Origin: Vulcanimicrobiota bacterium
Lineage (GTDB): Bacteria > Vulcanimicrobiota > Vulcanimicrobiia > Vulcanimicrobiales > Vulcanimicrobiaceae
NCBI GenBank assembly: GCA_963786105.1
Contig: CAWAXX010000018.1
Coordinates: 160,001-224,000, forward strand
Direction: 5' to 3'
DNA length: 64,000 bases
Shown here: piece by piece, positions 18,583-26,814 of the stretch
Numbering within the stretch: the stretch's first letter is position 1
Layout of the letters: every line of letters begins with the position of its first letter
Program-made: the position numbers and the translations under genes
Notes under the pieces: generated by a model
Told to the model about the DNA's origin: nothing
Databases searched by the model: none
What the model saw: only the letters and a program-made list of their open reading frames with translations

Positions 18583-19779
18583 TCACCACCCTGTCTGTGA
18601 GAGCGGCGGCCACAGCGGACCCGTCGGAAGCGCAAACCAGATCAGCCCGTTCCAGGTCGGTTTTTGCCCAACCCCAAGCGCTTCTTCGGCGTAGACCGTA
18701 ATGAAGCGCGTCAGGTGATAAGAAACATCGATATTGCCGATCTGCGTGTGATTTCCCAAGCCGTCGTTCGTAAGCTGCTCGCCGACGGCGAGCAACGCGC
18801 GTTGACCGATGTTGTCGTAGAGTTCGTAGGAAACGCCGTTGCTGCCGGACGACGGCAAGCCCATACCGGGATTGCTGTCGTGATTCATCTGATACACGGC
18901 AAGGAAACCGGGAACGCCTTTGACGGGATCGCGTTGCGCGTAGAATCCATTGCTGTAGTATTGGTCGAATCCGCCTTCGCTCAGCGGCCACGATCCGCGT
19001 GCACCGTAGTAGCCGAACTCCAGCGGATTGCCACGGTTCGCGAACGCAAGCTTGTACTGCAGCGTCTTGTCTTGCGTCCAATCGTAAGTATTGAAGCCGT
19101 TCAAGTCGGCGCCCGACGTTACGTAGGCAATCTCTGCATCGAGCGAACCGGGCATATACGCAAACTTGTATCCCCATCGGTTCGCATCTAGCTCGTAGGC
19201 GTGTTCGCCGACGGTGATCTCGGCCTGGGAGTTGGAAGTAAGGCCTGAAACGTCGAACCACTGGCTAAACTCCGAGGGAGCCGGCACCTCGAGTTTCCCC
19301 GCAAAGATGTGCCCAGTTCCGTTGAAGAAATTATTGTAGGCAAACCAGGCCGTGTCGAGTCCGCCGGCCTGGCTCGATTGCCAAATCCATTGCTGGATGT
19401 GATACGTCCATTCGCTGTTGGGCGTTCCGAACGCGCCGTCGGCGTGCAAGCCGAGACTGCCGATGTCCCAGGATGCGGCGTTTGGCGCTTGCTGCGAGTA
19501 GCTCACCGGATAGTCGACCCAAATAGGCGACTCACGCTCCAACACGTGAGGGTTCAATCCCGAATATCCCGTACGCTGGACATACCGGCCATAGGCATTG
19601 AGCGCTGGGATTTGAACGTGACATTCCGAACACGCTACGCCATAGGCTTGCGCAAAATTGGGCATCGCCTGCGCGGGTCGGCTCGTGACGAGCGCGACCA
19701 CCGTTATGGCAACGGCGACCGCGCTGAAAAGACCTAAACTGGTAGTGACGACCATCTCGCACGTGGATCTGACTGGCAT
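18583..19779 (-). CDS. cyc2: Cyc2-like fused monoheme cytochrome c / outer-membrane beta-barrel
   Basis: Signal peptide ending AQA, then MPNFAQAYGVACSECHVQIPALNAYGR; aromatic/Gly-rich beta-strand body; GAGGAGG SD. Confidence 0.75.
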   Translation of the reverse strand: MPVRSTCEMVVTTSLGLFSAVAVAITVVALVTSRPAQAMPNFAQAYGVACSECHVQIPALNAYGRYVQRTGYSGLNPHVLERESPIWVDYPVSYSQQAPNAASWDIGSLGLHADGAFGTPNSEWTYHIQQWIWQSSQAGGLDTAWFAYNNFFNGTGHIFAGKLEVPAPSEFSQWFDVSGLTSNSQAEITVGEHAYELDANRWGYKFAYMPGSLDAEIAYVTSGADLNGFNTYDWTQDKTLQYKLAFANRGNPLEFGYYGARGSWPLSEGGFDQYYSNGFYAQRDPVKGVPGFLAVYQMNHDSNPGMGLPSSGSNGVSYELYDNIGQRALLAVGEQLTNDGLGNHTQIGNIDVSYHLTRFITVYAEEALGVGQKPTWNGLIWFALPTGPLWPPLSQTGW

Positions 19780-19919
19780 CGCCACCCTCCTCGAGAGCGT
19801 CGCGGGATCCCGCTGGCCTTTGTTTCTGGGAACAAATCCTACGTCCACGGCCTCTATCCTTCCCGAAGCGAACGGAGCTGGCGCTCATGCCGGTGGAAAT
19901 CCGAACGCGGCGCACGCCG

Positions 19920-20276
19920 TCAGGGCAAAACGTTCACCGTCAGCGTCATGTCAGCATGTCCGGCGCCACACATGATCGCGCAGTGCAAGACGTATTTGCC
20001 GGCTTTCTTCGGCGTGATGGTTACCGTCGTGGACTGTCCGGGAGTGATGGCCGTTTGCGGGATGCCGAGGTCGTCGGATTTGAGCCCGTGTACGCCTTCG
20101 CTCGACGTCAGTCGAATGGTCGTGGTTTCCCCGGCGTGAAGCTCGATCGTCGAGGGGGTGAACTTCCAATTCGAGGCAACGACGTCGATGCTGGGATGCG
20201 CGGCCGCCGCTGCGCCGCCCGCGAGGATGGCAATCGCCGCCAAAGATATGAGGCCAAGAAGTCTGGTACGCAACAT
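19920..20276 (-). CDS. Soluble cupredoxin with CuA-type ligand set
   Basis: Signal peptide; EGVHGL and HCAIMCGAGHADM (H..C-x3-C-x3-H-x2-M). Confidence 0.85.
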   Translation of the reverse strand: MLRTRLLGLISLAAIAILAGGAAAAAHPSIDVVASNWKFTPSTIELHAGETTTIRLTSSEGVHGLKSDDLGIPQTAITPGQSTTVTITPKKAGKYVLHCAIMCGAGHADMTLTVNVLP

Positions 20277-20379
20277 ACTCTGATATTCTCCTTACAGCAT
20301 CTAGTGTACTGCGACCCTAGAACCGAGACGCCAACTTAAGTTGGGTTCTCGCGACGAAAGGACGTTTCCGCCGAACGGG

Positions 20380-20574
20380 TCATCGCGTCTCAGCGCCGCG
20401 GACCTCAGGAAGCGTGGCGAAGCCACCCGGGAGACGGGCTGGATCGGTCGTAAACACGTGCACGGCCTGGATGGTGGCTTGCAATTGTTCGGCAAGCCGT
20501 GCACTAAACGTCAGAGCGCACGTCGCTGCTTCAGAGCCGTCAACGTCGACCGCGATTCTCTCAAGCTTCATAAG
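20380..20574 (-). pseudogene. Universal stress protein N-terminal remnant
   Basis: ERIAVDVDGSE...A..LA......I.AVHV, then degenerates. Confidence 0.55.
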
Positions 20575-20844
20575 CCGTGCTCCTGGACGAACGATTTCGG
20601 ATACGCCCTTCATCGCTTAACTCTGTTGTCTTGATCGAGCATTACCCGATTTCCCGTCCTACAATTAAACGCGATGGTGGGCACGTCGAGTCGCGTCACC
20701 CTCCTCTCCGAGCCCGGTATCGCAACGAAACCCTTCGCGGGAACGCGCGTCGACCTCGCCTCGTTCACGACTCCTGATGACTCGAAGTCGTGCGTAAAAC
20801 AATGTGGCAGTAACCCCTAGGGGGGCGGCGAAGATCGTCGCTGG

Positions 20845-21324
20845 ATGAGACTCTACGTCGCTGCCGCACTCGCCGCTCTTGCGCTTACTACTATCGTTGG
20901 TAGCGCGCAAGGATCCGCTCCCACCGCCGACCCGCTCGTGGCCCGTGGACGCTATCTCGTCGCGTTCGGGACGTGCAACGACTGTCATACGCCCGGTTGG
21001 AGAGAATCCGACGGAACTGTTCCTGCTACGCGGTGGATGACCGGTGGAACGCTCGGCTATCGTGGGCCGTGGGGCACCAGCTATCCAGCGAACGTGCGTC
21101 TGGAGTTCCAGCGGATTTCGGAAGCGGATTGGCTCTTCATGGTTCGCACGCGCGGCGGGCACTGGCCCATGGTCTGGCACGATCTTCGAGCGCTCAACGA
21201 CGACGACCGTCGAGCAATCTATCGCTTCGTCAGGAGCTTGGGTCCGCGTGGTTCGCAAACGCCAGCGGACTTGCCACCCGGAATCGAGCCATCCACGCCT
21301 TACGTCTGGGTCGTGCCGCACTAG
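20845..21324 (+). CDS. Monoheme cytochrome c
   Basis: Signal peptide; ARGRYLV..GTCNDCHTPG, GPWGTSYPAN. Confidence 0.88.
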   Translation: MRLYVAAALAALALTTIVGSAQGSAPTADPLVARGRYLVAFGTCNDCHTPGWRESDGTVPATRWMTGGTLGYRGPWGTSYPANVRLEFQRISEADWLFMVRTRGGHWPMVWHDLRALNDDDRRAIYRFVRSLGPRGSQTPADLPPGIEPSTPYVWVVPH

Positions 21325-21407
21325 ATACGCCGGCTGGCCAAGATTTCGAGAAGCTGCGGCTGCTCTATCTTCCCGAAAGATTCCCGCGCGCGCTATACTG
21401 TGAAGCC

Positions 21408-21845
21408 GTGTTCAAGAATATCGTCGTCGCCCTCAACGATTCAGCTTGCGCGATGAAAGCTTTCCAGCTCGCTCTTACGCTCGGCCACCATGAAGGAGCG
21501 AGCATCGCCGTCTGCAACGTCGTCGATCCCAAGTCGGCCATGTGGAGTTCGGCGACGCCGGCCGCGGAAGGCGCGCTTGCTCAGGCCGAAGAGCTCGCCC
21601 GCCGAATCGTCGCCGAGGCCCTAAAGCAGGCTCAAGTCGCCGGTCTCATGGCGGAGGGCAAGGTGCGCGCGGGCGATCCGGCCGAGCAAATCGTCGCTTA
21701 TGCACTCGAGGTTCGCGCCGATGCAATCGTGATGGGCACCCATGGCTGGTCGGGAATCAAAAACTTCGTCATGGGCAGCGTGGCAGAATCCGTCTTGCGT
21801 ACGGCGCCGTGTCCAGTTATCGTCGTTCGCGATCAAGCACCGTAA
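21408..21845 (+). CDS. Universal stress protein
   Basis: FKNIVVAL..., IVMGTHG..G....MGSVAESVLRTAPCPV; TATACT 8 nt upstream, no SD. Confidence 0.92.
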   Translation: MFKNIVVALNDSACAMKAFQLALTLGHHEGASIAVCNVVDPKSAMWSSATPAAEGALAQAEELARRIVAEALKQAQVAGLMAEGKVRAGDPAEQIVAYALEVRADAIVMGTHGWSGIKNFVMGSVAESVLRTAPCPVIVVRDQAP

Positions 21846-21992
21846 TGGGATCGGCGCAAAAACAGTGCCACGCGACGCCTTTGCCAGTTGTCACAGGCTG
21901 TTCGTCGCGGGTTCCCGAAAACGAGCCCATGTTCTGAATGGCTCGAGGTCAAAAGGCGTAAGAGTGGCGCCGTTTGAAAGGACGATACTTGC

Positions 21993-22484
21993 ATGAGTAG
22001 GCTAAGAGAATCGATTGATGTAGACTGCCCTGCTCACTACCTCATTCATCACGCCGAGCGGTACCTTACCGTTCACCGCCGCGGCCAGACGCCTGGAACG
22101 TTCAGCCTCGTCGTCGACATGTCCAAAGTCGGTCTTCCCGGAAAGGTGCAGGCACGTCACGACGTGCGGGTACGATACAAAATCTCGGAAGAGGCCCACC
22201 GCCAGGACGTCATCGCTTTGACGTGGGATCCGGACGACCGGTTCGTTCCGAAGTTTGCCGGCGTTTTATCTGGCGAACGCTTAGAGGGCGGAGGATCACG
22301 CTTGACTCTCGCTGGCGAATACGATGTGCCCCTTGGACGTGTGGGCGTCGTCTTCGATGTCATTCTGGGTCGTCGGATCGGGGCGGAGACGGCCAACGCG
22401 CTCTTACAAGACATGAAGAATTTCATCGAGTCGGATTATCGAATTGCGCTGTCGACGTCGCTCGCTTCGTCGCCAAAGGAATAA
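21993..22484 (+). CDS. Hypothetical protein, SRPBCC/polyketide-cyclase-like
   Basis: Intact ORF; LTLAGEYDVPLG..G..FD pattern; fold call tentative. Confidence 0.6.
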   Translation: MSRLRESIDVDCPAHYLIHHAERYLTVHRRGQTPGTFSLVVDMSKVGLPGKVQARHDVRVRYKISEEAHRQDVIALTWDPDDRFVPKFAGVLSGERLEGGGSRLTLAGEYDVPLGRVGVVFDVILGRRIGAETANALLQDMKNFIESDYRIALSTSLASSPKE

Positions 22485-22643
22485 GCTTCGGGGCCTACTA
22501 GGATGCGGCCATCCCTTCTTCGGCCCAGCGTGGCTCTAGGAGCCGCGATCCGGAGGTCGAGTCTCCTTGCCTCCATCAACAAAAGGGTCGTCCGGTTTTT
22601 TTGGGTACCGGCGGTGTAGCGCGACAATCGCGGCGCTTCGGGA

Positions 22644-22928
22644 GCGGCGCCGCCGGTGTATCCGGGCGCAACGCAAAGCACGCGACCGGACGGCGTGGCC
22701 GCTGGAGCACCTCGGGAAGCTCAGGCCTACGCTACTGCGGACGACTTTGCAAAAGTCCGAAGCCGGGTATAGGCAAACCTCAAAGGCGCTCCGGAACTCG
22801 GCGCGCCCGACAACGACAAGACGAAGGACGTATTCCTGGTTGGTCAGGGCAAGACCGGACTGGTTGTGATGCTCCAGAGCGCCGGCGGCCAGACGTGGAT
22901 CGTCATAGGACCAGGTTTCCCGAAATAG
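22644..22928 (+). pseudogene. Remnant of a small secreted protein
   Basis: Frame reads AAPPVYPGAT...YATADDFAKV with in-frame TAG at 22770; no intact 5' end. Confidence 0.45.
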
Positions 22929-22959
22929 CGAATCGGCATCTTCGTGCTATAGTGGGCGC

Positions 22960-23320
22960 GGGGAGCGCGCTTGATGATCGCGCCCGCAAGGGTGAGGAAA
23001 GTCCGGGCTTCACGGGGCAGGGTGCAGGATAACGTCCTGTCGGGGCGACTCGAAGGAAAGTGCCACAGAAACACACCGCCCCTCGTTTCGGCGGGGAGTA
23101 AGGGTGAAATCGTGAGGTAAGAGCTCACGGAGCACCGCGGTGACGCGGGCTCGGGTAAACCCCACTCGAAGCAAGACCGCTCGATCCCTCGCGAGAGGCG
23201 GACGGCCCGTCCGACCGAGCAACGTCGCGCCGAGGTGCGCGGTAACGCGCATCCCAGATAGATGGTCATCCCTCGCGCTTGGTCGCGGGGACAGAATCCG
23301 GCTTACCGGCGCGCCTCCCC
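22960..23320 (+). ncRNA. rnpB: RNase P RNA (type A)
   Basis: GAGGAAAGTCCGGGC, AAGTGCCACAGAAA, AGGGTGAAA, ACAGAATCCGGCTTA; extended -10 TGCTATAGT at 22945-22953. Confidence 0.97.
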
Positions 23321-23428
23321 AGTTTCTCTGTTGCGCCCGTGCAACTCCATGGGCCCCCGAGCCCGTCTCAGCGAATGATTACCGCGACGGCGCCAGTCGC
23401 CGCCTAACAGGAGACCCGTACAACCATC

Positions 23429-23833
23429 GTGAGCGAACAGCACTTTACCCCGGAAATGACCGTCGACCAGGCATTTCGACTGCACGCCGGAGCCCGGCGC
23501 GTCTTTGCGCGCTTTCATCTCGGCGGCTGCTCGAACTGCGCCATCAGCGAAACGCACACGATCGGCGCCGTGAGCGAAGACTACGGCATTCCGCTGCCGA
23601 TGTTGCTCGAAAGCCTGAACGAGCTCTTCGACCAAGGAACGCTGACCGTCGGCGATCGCGTCCGGATTCCCGACGAAATACGCGCGAAGATCCCGCAGCT
23701 CGCCGACGTTCCGGAGATCGGCCAGATCACCGGCGTCGAGAGCGGTGCGTACACTGCGGAGTTCGGAGAAGTTCGATTGCAAGGACTCGCCGAGGACTTT
23801 GTTCCTGTCGAGGCGAGCGCCTCAGTCGGTTAA
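23429..23833 (+). CDS. DUF1858-like redox disulfide domain protein with C-terminal SH3/KOW-like domain
   Basis: FTPEMTV...VF.RF.LGGCSNCAISET; AGGAG upstream. Confidence 0.7.
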   Translation: MSEQHFTPEMTVDQAFRLHAGARRVFARFHLGGCSNCAISETHTIGAVSEDYGIPLPMLLESLNELFDQGTLTVGDRVRIPDEIRAKIPQLADVPEIGQITGVESGAYTAEFGEVRLQGLAEDFVPVEASASVG

Positions 23834-24231
23834 TCGCCGATCGGCTTACGAGCGGCAAACCCTTCGTCGGGCCCATGCCAGTGGGCAACCGATGCCTCGC
23901 CGGCTTTCCAGCAAAGGTAGATTGGCTCGCCGTCGCGACTCGACGGGAAATCGATGAGACCGAGATCGATGTCCTTGACGACACACCCGAATGACTCGAT
24001 CCTATGGATCAGCCGGTGGATTTCGAGTTTTAGCTCGCCGAAGCGCGGCGGCGGAAACGGCGACCGAACGCCGGCCAGGCGCGGAGCGCGCGGCTGTTCG
24101 GCGTGGTGCAGCGCCGGGTCCGACTCGAGGAGTTTGATCGCGAGCCTGCTACGCTTCGCGAGCAACTCGTCGAGTAGCGGTGCGAGTTTGGGAAGCAGCG
24201 CGTTCGCGCGATCGGGTGAAAAAAGCTTCAT
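23830..24231 (-). CDS. DUF2203 family protein
   Basis: LFSPDRANALLP, VKDIDLGLIDFP, YLCWKAGE...WH...EGFAARKP. Confidence 0.88.
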   Translation of the reverse strand: MKLFSPDRANALLPKLAPLLDELLAKRSRLAIKLLESDPALHHAEQPRAPRLAGVRSPFPPPRFGELKLEIHRLIHRIESFGCVVKDIDLGLIDFPSSRDGEPIYLCWKAGEASVAHWHGPDEGFAARKPIGD

Positions 24232-25089
24232 ATGAATCCGCCGCGTGTCGTCTTCGTCGCCGGACCATCCGGCGCCGGCCAAAGTCAAGCAATGAAATCG
24301 TTCGAAGACTTGGGCTTTTACTGCATCGAACACCTTCCTCCCATGATGCTCGACGCAGGCATCGAGTCGCTGGCTCGCGCCGGGATTCGAGATATCGCCA
24401 TCGCGCTCGACGTGCGTGCCGGGCGCAACCTCGGCGATCCCTTCGCGGCGATCGACGAGGGGATTCGCAAGCACGGCGCGCGGTTGCTGTTTCTCGATTC
24501 CCAGGACGGCGTTCTGGTGCGGCGGTTCAGCGCGACGCGACGACGCCATCCATTCTACCAAGCCGGCTCCCTGCACGAAGCCATCGTCGCCGATCGGCGC
24601 ATGCTCGCGCCGCTGCGTGAACGCGCGGCCGTCGTCATCGACACGAGCGCGCTCACCCACGCCGCGCTTAAGGAACGAATCGCCGCGGCGTTCGCTTCCG
24701 AACGCCCGGTCAGCCTATCGGTCACCGTCGTCGCTTTTGGGTTCAAATATGGCCTGCCGACCGATCTCGATCTGCTCTTCGACGTACGCTTTCTGCGAAA
24801 TCCGAACTACGTTACCGAACTAACGCCTTTGACGGGTGACGACGCCGCCGTCGCCGCATTTATCGAAGATGACGCCGCGCTCGAGCCGTTTTTGGACAAG
24901 ACCGCGGATCTGCTCGCCTTTCTTCTTCCACACTACATGGCCGAGGGAAAAACGCAGCTTACGGTCGGCGTCGGTTGCACCGGCGGACGCCATCGGTCGG
25001 TCTACGTCGCGCGACGCCTGCTCCAACGGTTTGCCGGTAACCCGCAGCTCGAGCTTCGGTTCGAGGCCCGCGATCTCGGGCGATCGTGA
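24232..25089 (+). CDS. rapZ: RNase adapter RapZ/YvcJ
   Basis: FEDLGFYC, FGFKYGLP, DVRFL.NP, GCTGGRHRSV. Confidence 0.95.
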   Translation: MNPPRVVFVAGPSGAGQSQAMKSFEDLGFYCIEHLPPMMLDAGIESLARAGIRDIAIALDVRAGRNLGDPFAAIDEGIRKHGARLLFLDSQDGVLVRRFSATRRRHPFYQAGSLHEAIVADRRMLAPLRERAAVVIDTSALTHAALKERIAAAFASERPVSLSVTVVAFGFKYGLPTDLDLLFDVRFLRNPNYVTELTPLTGDDAAVAAFIEDDAALEPFLDKTADLLAFLLPHYMAEGKTQLTVGVGCTGGRHRSVYVARRLLQRFAGNPQLELRFEARDLGRS

Positions 25090-26426
25090 GTAAGCGAATC
25101 GGCGGCTGGTTCCAGTGGCTGTTGCCCGGCCTGAGAATCAAGCGCTGGGTAATTTTGGCGACCTTCGGCATCGTGTTGTTGCTCGACGCGCTGGTTCGCT
25201 GGCTGATCGCCGAGGGCGCTGGAATTCACGTGAACGAAGTACTCGACGACATCGTCGACGACTATTTTCAGCCGGCATACCTGACGTGGATTCTCGCCAT
25301 CGTGGGCATCGGGCTCACCGCCATCGGCCTGCGGATGTGGCTGCGATCCGTCGTGCGCATCGCACGTGGGCCCGGACCGGAAAGTCTGCGCGCGACCCTT
25401 GCCGGGATGCGCCTGCAACAGGGATATAAGATCGTCGCCATCGGCGGAGGCACGGGTCTTTCCACATTGCTACGCGGTCTGAAGCGACGCACCAGCAATC
25501 TCACGGCGGTCGTGACCGTAAGCGACGACGGCGGCTCGTCGGGCCGGCTGCAAAAGGAGCTTGGCGTGTTGCCGCCCGGTGACGTTCGCAACTGTTTGGT
25601 CGCGCTTGCCGACGACGAAGCGCTCGTCACCGATCTCTTCCGCTTTCGCTTTACCGAGGGCGAGGGCCTGAGCGGTCATTCGTTCGGCAATCTGTTCCTC
25701 GCAGCGATGAGCGGCATCACCGGCAACTTCGATCGCGCCATCAAAGAATCGAGCCGCGTGCTGAACATCGTCGGCCGGGTTCTGCCGGCGACGCTCGGCG
25801 TCGTCCGTCTATGCGCCGAGTTGGAAGACGGTACCATCGTCGAAGGCGAGTCGAAGATCTCGTCGGCAAAGCGTCCGATCGCGCGCATTTTCTTCGAACC
25901 CTCGGTCGCCAATCCGCTCGAGGAAGTCATCGCGGCCATCCGCGACGCCGATGCGATCGTGCTCGGTCCGGGATCGCTCTTTACTTCGATCCTTCCAAAC
26001 TTCTTGGTAGGCCGGATCGCGAACGAAGTTGCCAACGCGCATGCGGTAAAGCTCTACGTATGCAACGTGATGACCCAGCCGGGTGAAACCGACGGCATGT
26101 CGGCAGCCGACCACGTCAAGGCACTCTTCGACATCGCCGGCGAACGCGTATGCGATTACGCCGTCGTCAACGACGAAGCGCCGTCACGTCTGGTCGCTGC
26201 CTACGCGCAGGAAGGTCAGGTCCCGGTGCGACCCGACGTCGATCGCATCTCGGCGATGGGAGTCGAGCCGGTGAAGGCGGGCGTGATTAGCGAAACCGAC
26301 ACGGTGCGTCACGACCCCGATCGCCTTGCCGCGACGGTCGTAGGCATCATCGACCGCGCGGTCGCGGATCGCGCGACCCTAATGAAGCCCGCAAGCGCGT
26401 ACCGGCGTCTCCCGGCGTCGTCCTGA
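25086..26426 (+). CDS. yvcK: Gluconeogenesis factor YvcK/GlmR family with N-terminal TM extension
   Basis: IGGGTGL, DDGGSSG, GPGSLFTS, NVMTQPGET. Confidence 0.93.
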   Translation: MSKRIGGWFQWLLPGLRIKRWVILATFGIVLLLDALVRWLIAEGAGIHVNEVLDDIVDDYFQPAYLTWILAIVGIGLTAIGLRMWLRSVVRIARGPGPESLRATLAGMRLQQGYKIVAIGGGTGLSTLLRGLKRRTSNLTAVVTVSDDGGSSGRLQKELGVLPPGDVRNCLVALADDEALVTDLFRFRFTEGEGLSGHSFGNLFLAAMSGITGNFDRAIKESSRVLNIVGRVLPATLGVVRLCAELEDGTIVEGESKISSAKRPIARIFFEPSVANPLEEVIAAIRDADAIVLGPGSLFTSILPNFLVGRIANEVANAHAVKLYVCNVMTQPGETDGMSAADHVKALFDIAGERVCDYAVVNDEAPSRLVAAYAQEGQVPVRPDVDRISAMGVEPVKAGVISETDTVRHDPDRLAATVVGIIDRAVADRATLMKPASAYRRLPASS

Positions 26427-26429
26427 CTT

Positions 26430-26777
26430 CTAATGCGTCGCCGCTGCGGCGAGCGTGAGGTCCAACTCGAACGGCTTCCCGGGCTCGACGTTCGCGGTCG
26501 ACGACAGCACCGTGTATCCTGAGGCCTGCACCGTGTAGTCGACGATGCCGCTGGGGACTTTGTCGATCGAAAACTTTCCGCTGGCGTCAGTCGTCGCCGT
26601 CAAGACGGTATCGACCGTGACGACCGCGCCGGCCACCGGTTTGTTACTGGCGCCGTCGACGACCGTTCCTTGTACCGTCGTAAATCCTGAAGCGGGCGGC
26701 AGTGCGTCGCTGTTGCACGCGGTTGCGACCGCGAGGAGGACGAGCGCGGCGAGCGCGACGCGGGCGAGCGATTTCAT
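26430..26777 (-). CDS. Carboxypeptidase-regulatory-like domain lipoprotein
   Basis: Lipobox ATAC; GTVVD...PVAGA.V...TDASG.F. Confidence 0.8.
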   Translation of the reverse strand: MKSLARVALAALVLLAVATACNSDALPPASGFTTVQGTVVDGASNKPVAGAVVTVDTVLTATTDASGKFSIDKVPSGIVDYTVQASGYTVLSSTANVEPGKPFELDLTLAAAATH

Positions 26778-26814
26778 AGGTGATCTTGTTCGCCGCGCTG
26801 AAGCCGCCGCTCCT

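Larger units (their letters stand above)
17364..22575. mobile_element. tRNA-Ala(GGC)-integrated genomic islet without integrase
   Basis: 24-bp direct repeat (23/24) of the tRNA 3' end at 17364-17387 and 22552-22575. Confidence 0.75.

Noticed and set aside
23830..24660. 276-aa version of DUF2203 overlapping rapZ
   Set aside because: The extension is the antisense shadow of rapZ; family similarity begins at MKLFSP (24231)
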